Program-made: the position numbers and the translations under genes
Notes under the pieces: generated by a model
Seen by the model: only the letters and a program-made list of their open reading frames with translations
Told to the model about the DNA's origin: nothing
The model's database searches: none
Part shown: positions 39,524 to 48,201 of the stretch, in pieces
Position numbering within the stretch: position 1 is the stretch's first letter
Layout of the letters: each line of letters starts with the position of its first letter
Assembly: GCA_000146465.1 (NCBI GenBank)
Contig: CP001947.1
Reading direction: 5' to 3' (one strand)
Length of the DNA: 64,000 nt

Positions 39524-40068
39524 TCAAGACGAGACTGCTCTGTTCGACAAGTTAAGTGCCTCTGCCTGCTCGGCAAGCTCTCGGGCTCTTTGCTCATCGG
39601 CCTTTCTCTTGATTATGCTATCTTTCATGTGGAATCTGTGCTTGAAAAGATGGCCCTTTGCCTGCTTGTAAAACACTCGGAAGTCTTCCTTGGTGATCTC
39701 TCCATTGGCCCTCATCTCCTTCAGCATCTTCCTCATTGCACGAATCTTCTTCATCCATAGCTCCTTCCTTGGCATTCTTGCATTGGCCGTACCAAAGCGC
39801 TTTCCAGGCCCCATGTGCCTCCCCTTCTTCTTGGCTGCCAGGCGCTTTCGGAGTCGTCCTCTGCTGGTGTGCTTGTCCTGCTTCATAATAATCACATTGT
39901 CTTGTATCAGCTGCCTAATCTGATCCCGAGTGGTTGCTCCGTTGAGCCTCTCAATTTCGTTGTTATCCAACCAAAGCTTCTTCTTCCCACATCCTAGGAT
40001 GTCTGCTGCCAAACGCCTGACTCTCTCCTCGTTCGACCTTCAAATTAGAAATGATCCATCACTTACAT
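39524..40068 (-). CDS. RPL19: 60S ribosomal protein L19e; exon 1 is AT at 40068-40067, a 29-nt intron spans 40066-40038, and exon 2 is 40037-39524
   Basis: The ORF-track protein (TTG start) is L19e but lacks the conserved N-terminus. AAAATGTAAGTG on the minus strand gives AT|GTAAGT...TTTGAAG|G. Splicing completes ATG and yields MSNEERVRRLAADILGCGKKKLWLD, matching the L19e N-terminus. Confidence 0.8.
40038..40066 (-). other. Spliceosomal intron of RPL19, 29 nt, sitting inside the start codon: GTAAGTGATGGATCATTTCTAATTTGAAG
   Basis: GTAAGT donor begins at the G of ATG, CTAATTT branch-like element, AG acceptor, frame restored. Confidence 0.7.
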
Positions 40069-40089
40069 TTTTAGGGTGCAAATTTTTCC
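40069..40089 (-). promoter_or_regulatory. AAATTT/CCC upstream module of RPL19 (GGAAAAATTTGCACCCTAAAA before ATG)
   Basis: Read in sequence. Nearly identical to the RPL14 module at 53015-53034. Confidence 0.5.
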
Positions 40090-40152
40090 GGGCTTTTGCC
40101 TAAAGGCCTGATCAAACAACTCTCCAAAAACAAGATTTATTCGTCCGAGTCT

Positions 40153-40641
40153 CTAGGCCTCGCATCCACACTGCCAAATCTCATCAACGGTCCTGCAATC
40201 AACAATAGTCTTTCCAAGTCTCTCGTTAACTATGTTGTGGACCTCGCACAGCCATGTCTTGAATTCCTTACCACTTCCAACTCTTGGAGGATGATCTTGA
40301 ATCAGCTTTTGAAAGTGCTTAGTACACTCACCACAGGGAAACAGAGATGACAGGAGATGAATGAAGCTTAGGGTATCTTTCTTCTGCTGGAAGCTTGGCG
40401 ACGCTGGATATCTCGACCCCATTGTGTGGAGTAGTGTCCATGTAGCCCTTCCCAGCCTTTCTCTTATCTCCTTCTTGTTCATCTTCCTCACCTGAAAGTC
40501 TTCAAGCCTAACTCCATTCCAGGAGGATAGGTTGGAAATCTTCTTTTCTCTATTTCCTGCTACAAACTCGTAGCATCTATATATAATCCATGCTGCAATC
40601 AGTACTGCTAAGATCTTTCCATACCCCTTCTCTCTCTTCAT
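40153..40641 (-). CDS. FAD-linked sulfhydryl oxidase of the Erv/ALR family, Erv2-like architecture
   Basis: N-terminal TM anchor, Erv core (WTLLHTM, CGECTKHF), and a C-terminal CGC shuttle motif (QCGCEA). First ATG at 40641 (track GTG at 40656). Confidence 0.7.
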   Translation of the reverse strand: MKREKGYGKILAVLIAAWIIYRCYEFVAGNREKKISNLSSWNGVRLEDFQVRKMNKKEIRERLGRATWTLLHTMGSRYPASPSFQQKKDTLSFIHLLSSLFPCGECTKHFQKLIQDHPPRVGSGKEFKTWLCEVHNIVNERLGKTIVDCRTVDEIWQCGCEA

Positions 40642-40802
40642 GTTTATACTCCACACTTCTTTATTTATAGACTTTCATGTTTCATCCTTATCACTCCTCA
40701 TCAGTTTTCGTCCCTTGGATATTTACTTGACAGAGCTCTTGAAAGCCGGATATCCAGTCATACTCGCAAGGAATAAATATAGCTGGTTGGCAGACCCCAA
40801 GG

Positions 40803-41741
40803 ATGAAAACACTTCCGAAGTTCAAGCCGTTTGTCCAGGCTTGTACAGACTGCGGAGAAACACAGAACATAGTCGAAGACTACAAAAACGGATACCATGT
40901 GTGTGGAAGATGTGGATGTATTGTGGGAAACAGAATCATAGACGAGGGAAGCGAGTGGAGATCATTTGGAGATAGCAATAAGGTAGATCCATGCCGAATC
41001 GGAAGTGCAAGTAACCCTTATCTCGAATCGGAACAGCTAGACACCATTATAAGCACAGGCGGAGGAATGAATTCCTATATGCTGTCGAAAATCCAGATGA
41101 AAAACAGCATGAGAGGTCCAGAAAGAGCTCTAAAGCATGGGATGAATCTTATCACTGCATTCTGTGAGAGGTCGAATCTTTCAAGGACCATCATCGACAG
41201 AGCACATTACATCTTCAAGAACATCGAGGAGAGAAAGCTTCTGAAGGGTAAAAACGTGGAAGGGATTGTTGCAGCCTGCATATACATAGCATGCAGGCAA
41301 GAGGAGTGTCCCAGAACATTCAAGGAGATAAGTGTGATGACTGCTGTACAGAAAAGAGAGATAGGAAGATGCTTCAAGTTGATATCTCCCCACTTGGAGA
41401 GGATGGCAACAATGTCTACAGAGAATATAATAGCAAGATTCTGCTCCGATCTTAATTTGAACATCAAGATCCAGAAGATTGCTACAGAAATAGCAAAGGC
41501 AGCACATGAGCTGGGATGTCTTGCAGGTAAAAGCCCTGATTCCATAGCAGCAGCAGTCATATACATGGTAACAAATCTATTTCCCGAGGAAAAGAGAATC
41601 CAGAAGGATATTCAGTTTGTAACCAATGTCACGGAAGTTACAATCAAGAATACATATAAAGAATTGCTGGCCTTCAAATATGACATAATCCCCGAAAACA
41701 TGGTCTGCAAGGAAAACATAGACAAACTCCCTGGATATTGA
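40803..41741 (+). CDS. TFIIB: Transcription initiation factor IIB
   Basis: 312 aa. N-terminal zinc ribbon CTDCGE...CGRCGCIVGNRIIDEGSEWRSF, B-finger and linker, then two cyclin repeats. Confidence 0.9.
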   Translation: MKTLPKFKPFVQACTDCGETQNIVEDYKNGYHVCGRCGCIVGNRIIDEGSEWRSFGDSNKVDPCRIGSASNPYLESEQLDTIISTGGGMNSYMLSKIQMKNSMRGPERALKHGMNLITAFCERSNLSRTIIDRAHYIFKNIEERKLLKGKNVEGIVAACIYIACRQEECPRTFKEISVMTAVQKREIGRCFKLISPHLERMATMSTENIIARFCSDLNLNIKIQKIATEIAKAAHELGCLAGKSPDSIAAAVIYMVTNLFPEEKRIQKDIQFVTNVTEVTIKNTYKELLAFKYDIIPENMVCKENIDKLPGY

Positions 41742-41801
41742 TGAGATGCTAAGGACTGTAATTTCTAGGGATAGAGATATGCATAAGAATTAAAAATTCC
41801 T

Positions 41802-42263
41802 TTATTTCTTTCTTGAAACACCCATGGACTTCCCACGTCTTCCATTTGACTTGGTCCTTTGTCCACGGACCTTGAGGCCAACATCGAGTCTGCATGCTCT
41901 GATGCGCTTGTTCTTCTTTCCTCTTTCAATCATCATTCTTAGATCTGCATCGAGTTTTGTACCTATGAGATGGGATGTTGTCCCGTCAACAGGATCCTTC
42001 TGATGGTTTAGATAAGATTCCGGAATTCCTAGGCTTGCAGGGTCGAGAATTGCATCTGAAATCCTCTTCATCTCCTCCTCAGACATTTCTCCGGCACGCC
42101 TCTTCAAATCAATCCCAAGGCGCTTGCATATGGCTGTCGAGATTCTTATTCCCACACCTCTGATCTTTGTAAGAGCAAAAGCAATTCTCTTTGTCCCGTC
42201 AATGTTGGTGTTGTGGATACGAACGATGTACTGGACGTCAGCCGGGTCGTAGACATAGTTCAT
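41802..42263 (-). CDS. RPS18: 40S ribosomal protein S18 (uS13)
   Basis: 153 aa. VRIHNTNIDGTKRIAFALTKIRGVGIRIS...RACRLDVGLKVRGQRTKSNGRRGKSMGVSRKK. Confidence 0.9.
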   Translation of the reverse strand: MNYVYDPADVQYIVRIHNTNIDGTKRIAFALTKIRGVGIRISTAICKRLGIDLKRRAGEMSEEEMKRISDAILDPASLGIPESYLNHQKDPVDGTTSHLIGTKLDADLRMMIERGKKNKRIRACRLDVGLKVRGQRTKSNGRRGKSMGVSRKK

Positions 42264-42282
42264 TTAAGGGATTAAATTTTTC
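42264..42282 (-). promoter_or_regulatory. AAATTT/CCC upstream module of RPS18 (GAAAAATTTAATCCCTTAA before ATG)
   Basis: Read in sequence. Confidence 0.45.
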
Positions 42283-42358
42283 ACGGTTCAAAATGAAGGC
42301 AGACTTTCAAGATGGAAAGACAACAGGACGTAGTAACAGATAAAACCAAAAGTATACT

Positions 42359-42643
42359 TTATTCCTCCAGAAGCATCTTTGTCAACTTCTTCATCCTCTT
42401 TCCTGCACGCTTGTGAGACCCCAATCTCTTTCGGAGAATCCTCTGTGCCTTGCTATTGTTCTTTGCCTCAATAAGCGAAATAACTTTCTTCTCAAGTGGA
42501 GAATAACCGCATAACTCCTCTGCAACTGAGGCTGCAAACATGCGTATCTTTCCAGACTCCTCGCTGGGCTTCTTGGCTTCTCTCTTCACATCGGGCCTCT
42601 TTACTGGATAACGTACTCGAACTTTCTTGAGAGCGTTCTTCAT
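42359..42643 (-). CDS. RPL36: 60S ribosomal protein L36e
   Basis: The ORF track gives a 197-aa ORF. Only the C-terminal 94 aa, from the ATG at 42643 (CAT at 42641-42643 confirmed), match L36e (..SPLEKKVISLIEAKNNSKAQRILRKRLGSHKRAGKRMKKL). Confidence 0.8.
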   Translation of the reverse strand: MKNALKKVRVRYPVKRPDVKREAKKPSEESGKIRMFAASVAEELCGYSPLEKKVISLIEAKNNSKAQRILRKRLGSHKRAGKRMKKLTKMLLEE

Positions 42644-42647
42644 TGCA

Positions 42648-42664
42648 GGGCCGAGAAAAATTTT
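42648..42664 (-). promoter_or_regulatory. AAATTT/CCC upstream module of RPL36 (AAAATTTTTCTCGGCCCTGCA before ATG)
   Basis: Read in sequence. Confidence 0.45.
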
Positions 42665-42695
42665 AATTCTACAAGGATGCAGTCCTTGCAAACCA

Positions 42696-45287
42696 ATGCT
42701 TATTGAGAGGTTCAAAGAAATAAGAAACAAGATATATGAGGATATCCATGCAGCCTCTGAGACAGACATAAGATTTATGAGGGATGCTCTGGGTCTACAA
42801 GACATGGCATATGGAAGGATCAAGACGTATTCTGCCGAGGACAGCAAGGTTCTGGCGCTTTTTACATTGAAGTACAATGTTGCAGTTCTCTTGGAGTTTA
42901 TTTCCCGAAACGGAGTCGAGCTTGGGAGCGATATATGTATGGCGCTTTGCAATGCATTGTTTGAGGAGATTCCTCAGGCATCTCCTGAATGTTCCCTGGA
43001 GATCGAGGATATAAAAGCACGAACGGACGAGGTGATTGTAGACATCCTGTGTAGCATTGGAGAGGGGATGCATGTTGAGAAGATCAAGTCATATTTGAGC
43101 TTGCAGGAGATTCCTGACGGGGTTAGCGTCAATCTTGCAGTGGTGTTTACAGCTCCATCCTGGAAGTCGTATGACCTCCGTGTGATTAATGAATTGGTTC
43201 TTGGGCCTGTTTTGGTGGAGCTGCTGAGAAGTTTTAAGGAATCTCTCCGGCCGCAAATAAAGGAAAGAATATTGGACTCTTGCAAGAAGAGACTTAGGAA
43301 TGAAAGAGATCGGTCGATTATTTACCAAATATTCTACGAGCTTAACACAGGGAAGGACATTAAGATGTTTGAAATTGAAGAAGACGAGAAAGAGGAGGCA
43401 TATGTTGGATTTATATACTCTCTAATGGTTGATGAAGAAAGTTGCTTAAAGGGATATGAGGTTTTGTCAAAGGCAGGTCTTTTTAACGACCTAAGAAAGG
43501 CTCTTGAAATGATAAATGTTCTAAGCCAGGCAGAATATAAAAGAATTAGGCCTGAAGATGAAAAGCTCATCTATCATCTTATGCAAGTGATTGAGAGGCT
43601 TGTATCTTCAGACTGGCATGGCCTTGGCTTTGTAAGGCTGTACTTCATGAGATTTGTCGAGCTGTTTCTTAACACTCTTGTAGGGCAAATTTCTCTAAGG
43701 ATAAAAGGGCAGATATACGAGATCCTATCTTCATTCATGAGAGATGGAGACTGTAAGGAAACAATCTGCGAGTTTATGAGAGGAGTTGGGATATTCAACA
43801 AAGAGGCCATCCATGCTGATTTCGAGAAAGAACTTGAGAGTAAGAACTTCTCTATGGCTCCGAGTTTCCTCCGGTTTTGTACGTTTCTTGGAAATGAGGA
43901 ATGTATCAGATTTGCCATGTACGCACTTAAAAGCGAGGATCCATCAACAGTCACCCGGTGCTTTGACGTCATCGAAAGGTTTGTGGACAAGAAAAACACA
44001 GAGGGGGGGAGTAGCAGTGAGTTTATTGTTTCTCAGCTCTCCTTGATGTCTCAACATATTCGAGTAGCAATGCTAAACAACTCACAAGTCACCAACAGGA
44101 TTTTGGAATTCCAGCTGAGCACGGGCATTGTGATTGGAGATGTGTCGATAATCAATGTGATCATAAATACACCGAACCCAAGGTTCTTTGAGTATGTAAG
44201 GCTTTTTGAGGACTTCTCATTCTTCATGAATGAAAACTTCCTTGAAAGGCTTTCTGAAGATGAAGAAGAAGGCTTCAAATATCTCTGTGAGGTGACTGCT
44301 AACAACCATGAAGCATGCAAGTTTGTGATGAACAATGAAGATTGGTTCAATGCTTATGTCAAAAACAATCCTTGTGTTCAAGAAGCAGCCATTAGGATAT
44401 ACGAGAACCTGGTTGATTATGACATCGAGAATGTGGAAGTCAGCTTTGACAGAGGGTTTATCCTTCCAGACATACCACATCGGTCAGTATTCTCGATTCT
44501 TAGCAAGTTGATTCTTTATTCGGTTTATACAAGAAAGACTTCATACTCAAGATATATCACAGACAAAGACTACAGCTTGGATAGCTCAAATATCAATGAG
44601 TACTGTTTGTATATCAAATGCAGAATAGTTGTAGGAGACAATGTTGAGGATAGGATCAAATATCTTATGAAACAGTATACAGGAATAGAAGATCTACTCG
44701 GATATTATGAGGTTTCCACTGGGATATCACTGAACATCTCCTCCTCAAAGAACCTCTTGGTAAACATAGGAAAGAAGGATACAAGCATGTTTATCAACAT
44801 GTTTAGCAATGCTAGTAACTTCGAGAAGTTTCTTTTATTCTTTTTCATTGGAGAAATTGATGCAGAGGAAGGCAAGGCAATTGAGAAAATAGTCAAAGAG
44901 GAAATCACAAGAATAATGGTATCCCAGTCCTCGAGCACATCGGAGAAAATGATTCTGAGGCAATGCTTGATAACACTCTTGTCTCTTAACAACATAGACT
45001 CGATTGTGAGGTTGATAGGCGAATATGACGACACCGATCTACTTCTAAAAGCCAACATAAGAAATCTTCTGTGCGGAGGGTCATACTTCAATAGCTCTTT
45101 GGTCATGAAAGGCCCATTGGAGCTGCAAGTCTATGCTGTTCTCCTCCTTTATTACAAATCAGTCTGGGACTTAGCTGCTCTGAAGGATTGGATCCTGTAT
45201 CTTAGGAGAGAGTGTAAGGATAACGACGACCTGGAATATCTTATAAGCGATATCAAGAGCAAAAACATACGGATTGAGCTTGAGTAA
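42696..45287 (+). CDS. Large hypothetical protein, about 864 aa, probably alpha-helical-repeat, with no family assignment
   Basis: The track ORF begins at TTG 42627, overlapping the RPL36 start. First ATG is at 42696. Long uninterrupted frame with neighbour-like composition. Confidence 0.45.
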   Translation: MLIERFKEIRNKIYEDIHAASETDIRFMRDALGLQDMAYGRIKTYSAEDSKVLALFTLKYNVAVLLEFISRNGVELGSDICMALCNALFEEIPQASPECSLEIEDIKARTDEVIVDILCSIGEGMHVEKIKSYLSLQEIPDGVSVNLAVVFTAPSWKSYDLRVINELVLGPVLVELLRSFKESLRPQIKERILDSCKKRLRNERDRSIIYQIFYELNTGKDIKMFEIEEDEKEEAYVGFIYSLMVDEESCLKGYEVLSKAGLFNDLRKALEMINVLSQAEYKRIRPEDEKLIYHLMQVIERLVSSDWHGLGFVRLYFMRFVELFLNTLVGQISLRIKGQIYEILSSFMRDGDCKETICEFMRGVGIFNKEAIHADFEKELESKNFSMAPSFLRFCTFLGNEECIRFAMYALKSEDPSTVTRCFDVIERFVDKKNTEGGSSSEFIVSQLSLMSQHIRVAMLNNSQVTNRILEFQLSTGIVIGDVSIINVIINTPNPRFFEYVRLFEDFSFFMNENFLERLSEDEEEGFKYLCEVTANNHEACKFVMNNEDWFNAYVKNNPCVQEAAIRIYENLVDYDIENVEVSFDRGFILPDIPHRSVFSILSKLILYSVYTRKTSYSRYITDKDYSLDSSNINEYCLYIKCRIVVGDNVEDRIKYLMKQYTGIEDLLGYYEVSTGISLNISSSKNLLVNIGKKDTSMFINMFSNASNFEKFLLFFFIGEIDAEEGKAIEKIVKEEITRIMVSQSSSTSEKMILRQCLITLLSLNNIDSIVRLIGEYDDTDLLLKANIRNLLCGGSYFNSSLVMKGPLELQVYAVLLLYYKSVWDLAALKDWILYLRRECKDNDDLEYLISDIKSKNIRIELE

Positions 45288-45415
45288 TAAAATATCTTAA
45301 AGCACGCGATTGCGCTTCCTGTGTAATCTACTTCTCATCAAAACTGAAACAAGAAAGAGGCCGAAGCTATTTATTCAAGAAGGGCTTGACTTCCGTGCAG
45401 GCCCGTGGGTCTGGC

Positions 45416-45637
45416 TCAAGGCTTGCTTGTATTCTCTTGCTTCTTGATCTCTCTCTGCTTCTGCCGCTCCCTTAAGAAGTTCCTCTTCTTTGTCTTTAAG
45501 ATCTTGATCTTGCTAAGGAGGCTCTTTCTTTCCTCCTGCTTCTGCTGCTTTATTCTCAGCCTCTGCTTGAAGGAGAGGACTGTATTGGGATCTTTTTGTT
45601 TCTTCTCCTTCCATACCTTCAAGTAAGTTTTGCTCAT
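45416..45637 (-). CDS. Small lysine-rich coiled-coil protein, 74 aa, possibly Cgr1-like nucleolar protein
   Basis: MSKTYLKVWKEKKQKDPNTVLSFKQRLRIKQQKQEERK... from the ATG at 45637. The longer track ORF (to 45868) is antisense to the Sm-like gene. Confidence 0.4.
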   Translation of the reverse strand: MSKTYLKVWKEKKQKDPNTVLSFKQRLRIKQQKQEERKSLLSKIKILKTKKRNFLRERQKQREIKKQENTSKP

Positions 45638-45721
45638 TGCTGCGGTTCCTTGAAAAATATTTTTATCGTTAAGACATTCAAGCCAAAATAGTTGTGAGGG
45701 TGGAAAAGCCCTTAATTCGAA

Positions 45722-45937
45722 ATGGACAACACCCTGTACACAGCCTTTATAGGAAAGGCTGTTAAGGTCAAGATTTGCGACGGCTCTGAGTTTAGAGGAA
45801 CATCGGCAGCAATAGATGCATATCTCAACATATCCTTGGAGTCTGTATTCTACCTTCAGAAAGGCCAAGAGCCCAGATATTATTCCTCTCTATTCATCAA
45901 AGGATCGTATATCGACCACATAGCATTGGATGTATGA
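45722..45937 (+). CDS. Sm-like protein (LSm/SmF-type Sm fold)
   Basis: 71 aa. Sm1/Sm2 pattern FIGKAVKVKICDGSEFRGTSAAIDAYLNISLE...FIKGSYIDHIA. Confidence 0.7.
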   Translation: MDNTLYTAFIGKAVKVKICDGSEFRGTSAAIDAYLNISLESVFYLQKGQEPRYYSSLFIKGSYIDHIALDV

Positions 45938-45980
45938 GGTTTTCAGGCCGAATAGGCAAGTCTTCTATCTAAAATGAAGT

Positions 45981-46418
45981 TTATAAGGAAGGTTTATTTC
46001 TTTTGATCTTACAGACTATCTTACTGCTCATAGCCTGGATGTTATGCCGTATGGACTCGATGTCATTCATGATCCTTAGGGTTTCTCTACGATACTCCGT
46101 AAGAAGTTTTCCTAAGTACTCGATCTTCATCATTAGATTCTCACTTTTACTATCAACAGCCTCGTGGCGGAGAAGATGTTTCTTAAGAGGATCGCTTCGT
46201 GTATAATCCTTCCCACACAAATGACACTCGAAGGGCCGTTCTCCCGTATGTCTCCGTGCATGGGCAAGCAGTGCGTGCTTACTAACCTGGACTTCTCCAT
46301 ATCTCGGACAATCTTTCCACAAGCACCTAGCCTCCTCGTCCTTTTCTATGTGGGAGAGCAGATGACCTCTCACATTATCTTCGATGTCTTTCTGACACTC
46401 CTCCCATTCACATCTCAT
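45981..46418 (-). CDS. C2H2 zinc-finger protein
   Basis: 145 aa with three to four C2H2 units (CxxC...HxxxH), e.g. FECHLCGKDYTRSDPLKKHLLRH. Confidence 0.65.
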   Translation of the reverse strand: MRCEWEECQKDIEDNVRGHLLSHIEKDEEARCLWKDCPRYGEVQVSKHALLAHARRHTGERPFECHLCGKDYTRSDPLKKHLLRHEAVDSKSENLMMKIEYLGKLLTEYRRETLRIMNDIESIRHNIQAMSSKIVCKIKRNKPSL

Positions 46419-46493
46419 TGCTTAGGAGGGCTACCATGGGCAAAAGCTCTTCTCCAAAAGGAAAACAACATTTTAGCTTTATCATCATATAGA

Positions 46494-47411
46494 TCATGTT
46501 CTGTATAGATTATTGTATTTCTTGAAAGCTTGGGCTTCAGAATCATACTCGCCTAGGCATGCTCGCTCCCTAGCCTCTTGGATTCTTTGCTTGAGTAGTC
46601 GAATCCTTGTTCTGTCAAACATAATGTCTCCAATAGTTCCGCTTGCACAAACCACTCCATCCTTCGGAGATTTTCCATGTCTATCCAGTATCTTCCTACC
46701 CATCTTCTTCCTTGCTTTCCTGGAACTGTTCTTCATGAGCAAACAAAATGTTTCGAGCAAGCTGCACTCCACATCCTCCAGATCCCTTTCCAGCTTGTTT
46801 CTCTTGCCATAAAGCTTGCACAATGCCTCAAGTAGATGTAGCTCTTTCCACATCCTTTCGACCTTCTCCTTCGAGAGCTCTTCACTTCTTCTACTTCTCC
46901 TACTAGGCTTAATAATTCTCTTGCGGAAGCACACATAAGCAAGAGGATTGAATTTCTCGTTTCTGATTAGTATTCTGGATGCAACCATCCTGGAGAACTT
47001 TTCCTTGCCTTCTAAAAGGTCTTGCTTGTTGGAGATCGTAGACAGTATCCCATAAAACTGCTTTTCATCCACTCCAGACTCCTTGCATATTCTCCTATCT
47101 TCGTTGTTCATCAAGTACTCGTTCTCGGCATCTCCAATCCATTCGACATATTTGCGCTTGGGAACATATTTGCCATAAATTTCTCGTGCCGGGTTATCCA
47201 CTTTAGTTATCACCGGAATCGGGATGTTTCCCTTCTCTCCCTCCATTATCTTTTTCAGGTGGAGCTCTTTCTCTTCATCGGCTTCCATCCCTGTGTCAAG
47301 CGACGGAGGAACATACTCCTCCAAGGAAGACACGTCGAAGGACCCGGGTTTGTAAATAGCATATGGCAAGCCATTGTCTATTTTCACATTTCTCTTTCTC
47401 TTGTATACCAT
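46494..47411 (-). CDS. EPL1: Enhancer-of-polycomb-like protein (Epl1/EPC, NuA4 subunit)
   Basis: EPcA-like block IPIPVITKVDNPAREIYGKYVPKRKYVEWIGDAENEYLMNNEDRRICKESG. First ATG at 47411 (track TTG at 47447). Confidence 0.55.
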   Translation of the reverse strand: MVYKRKRNVKIDNGLPYAIYKPGSFDVSSLEEYVPPSLDTGMEADEEKELHLKKIMEGEKGNIPIPVITKVDNPAREIYGKYVPKRKYVEWIGDAENEYLMNNEDRRICKESGVDEKQFYGILSTISNKQDLLEGKEKFSRMVASRILIRNEKFNPLAYVCFRKRIIKPSRRSRRSEELSKEKVERMWKELHLLEALCKLYGKRNKLERDLEDVECSLLETFCLLMKNSSRKARKKMGRKILDRHGKSPKDGVVCASGTIGDIMFDRTRIRLLKQRIQEARERACLGEYDSEAQAFKKYNNLYRT

Positions 47412-47498
47412 GGATAATTTTTCAGAGACCACGTTTAAGCACAACAAATTGAGTTTATTGGGAGAGAATATAGGGCCGGAAGTCTTTTGGGCCCTTGA

Positions 47499-48146
47499 AT
47501 GGAGAGAGCAATAGAGCTGGTGATGGAGGAGCTAGGAAGTACTCACGACTCTGAATGCATAAGGAATTGGTACTTCTCGTATCTTCAAAGGAAAGAGAGC
47601 CCAAAAAGCAAGTTCAAGGATGTTCTATCGATTATCAAGGCAGACATTGAAGATATCAAGGTGCTGGAATCGACGGTCATGCTCTTTGAAATTTCACAAG
47701 AGACAGCAGATGAGATTTCCTTGAAAGATGTGGCCCATTCTTACGAGAATTCGATGGAGATCATCTCGATTTTGTCTTTATACAATTCTATCTTCCCTAT
47801 AATTCAAAGATGCATCAGGAACGAGAGTGTTGGAAGCCGAGTCTCTGATCTCTACAATGAGGTTAGTATGCATTTGAATGGGCCACGGGAAGGATCCCGA
47901 GAAGTCCTGGAAGGGAGAAGGAGGTTTTTCTTTGATTTCTATATTCCTGTTGAGATATACTTTATGTCTGTGGGAAAGAACTATGAAATGAAAGAGAAGG
48001 AGAAGAAGTTCGTCGAAATGTATTTGACTAAGAAGAAGCTGGATAAGAAGGGTTTGGCCTATGGAGACAAATTTTATGAGGAGATGTCGTGCGGGGACGA
48101 AAAGGTTTCCAAGGCATTAAAATTTCTCTTTGAAGAGGTTTATTAG
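47499..48146 (+). CDS. Hypothetical protein
   Basis: 215-aa ORF with ATG start and no recognised domain. Confidence 0.4.
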   Translation: MERAIELVMEELGSTHDSECIRNWYFSYLQRKESPKSKFKDVLSIIKADIEDIKVLESTVMLFEISQETADEISLKDVAHSYENSMEIISILSLYNSIFPIIQRCIRNESVGSRVSDLYNEVSMHLNGPREGSREVLEGRRRFFFDFYIPVEIYFMSVGKNYEMKEKEKKFVEMYLTKKKLDKKGLAYGDKFYEEMSCGDEKVSKALKFLFEEVY

Positions 48147-48201
48147 ATTGGAAAATTGCAAGATAGTATAGATGTTGAAAATCCGGATGATTTTTTGACC
48201 C

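Noticed and set aside
42627-42695. TTG-initiated extension of the 886-aa ORF overlapping the RPL36 start codon
   Set aside because: There is no ATG. The first in-frame ATG is at 42696, and the overlap comes from the ORF caller allowing TTG.
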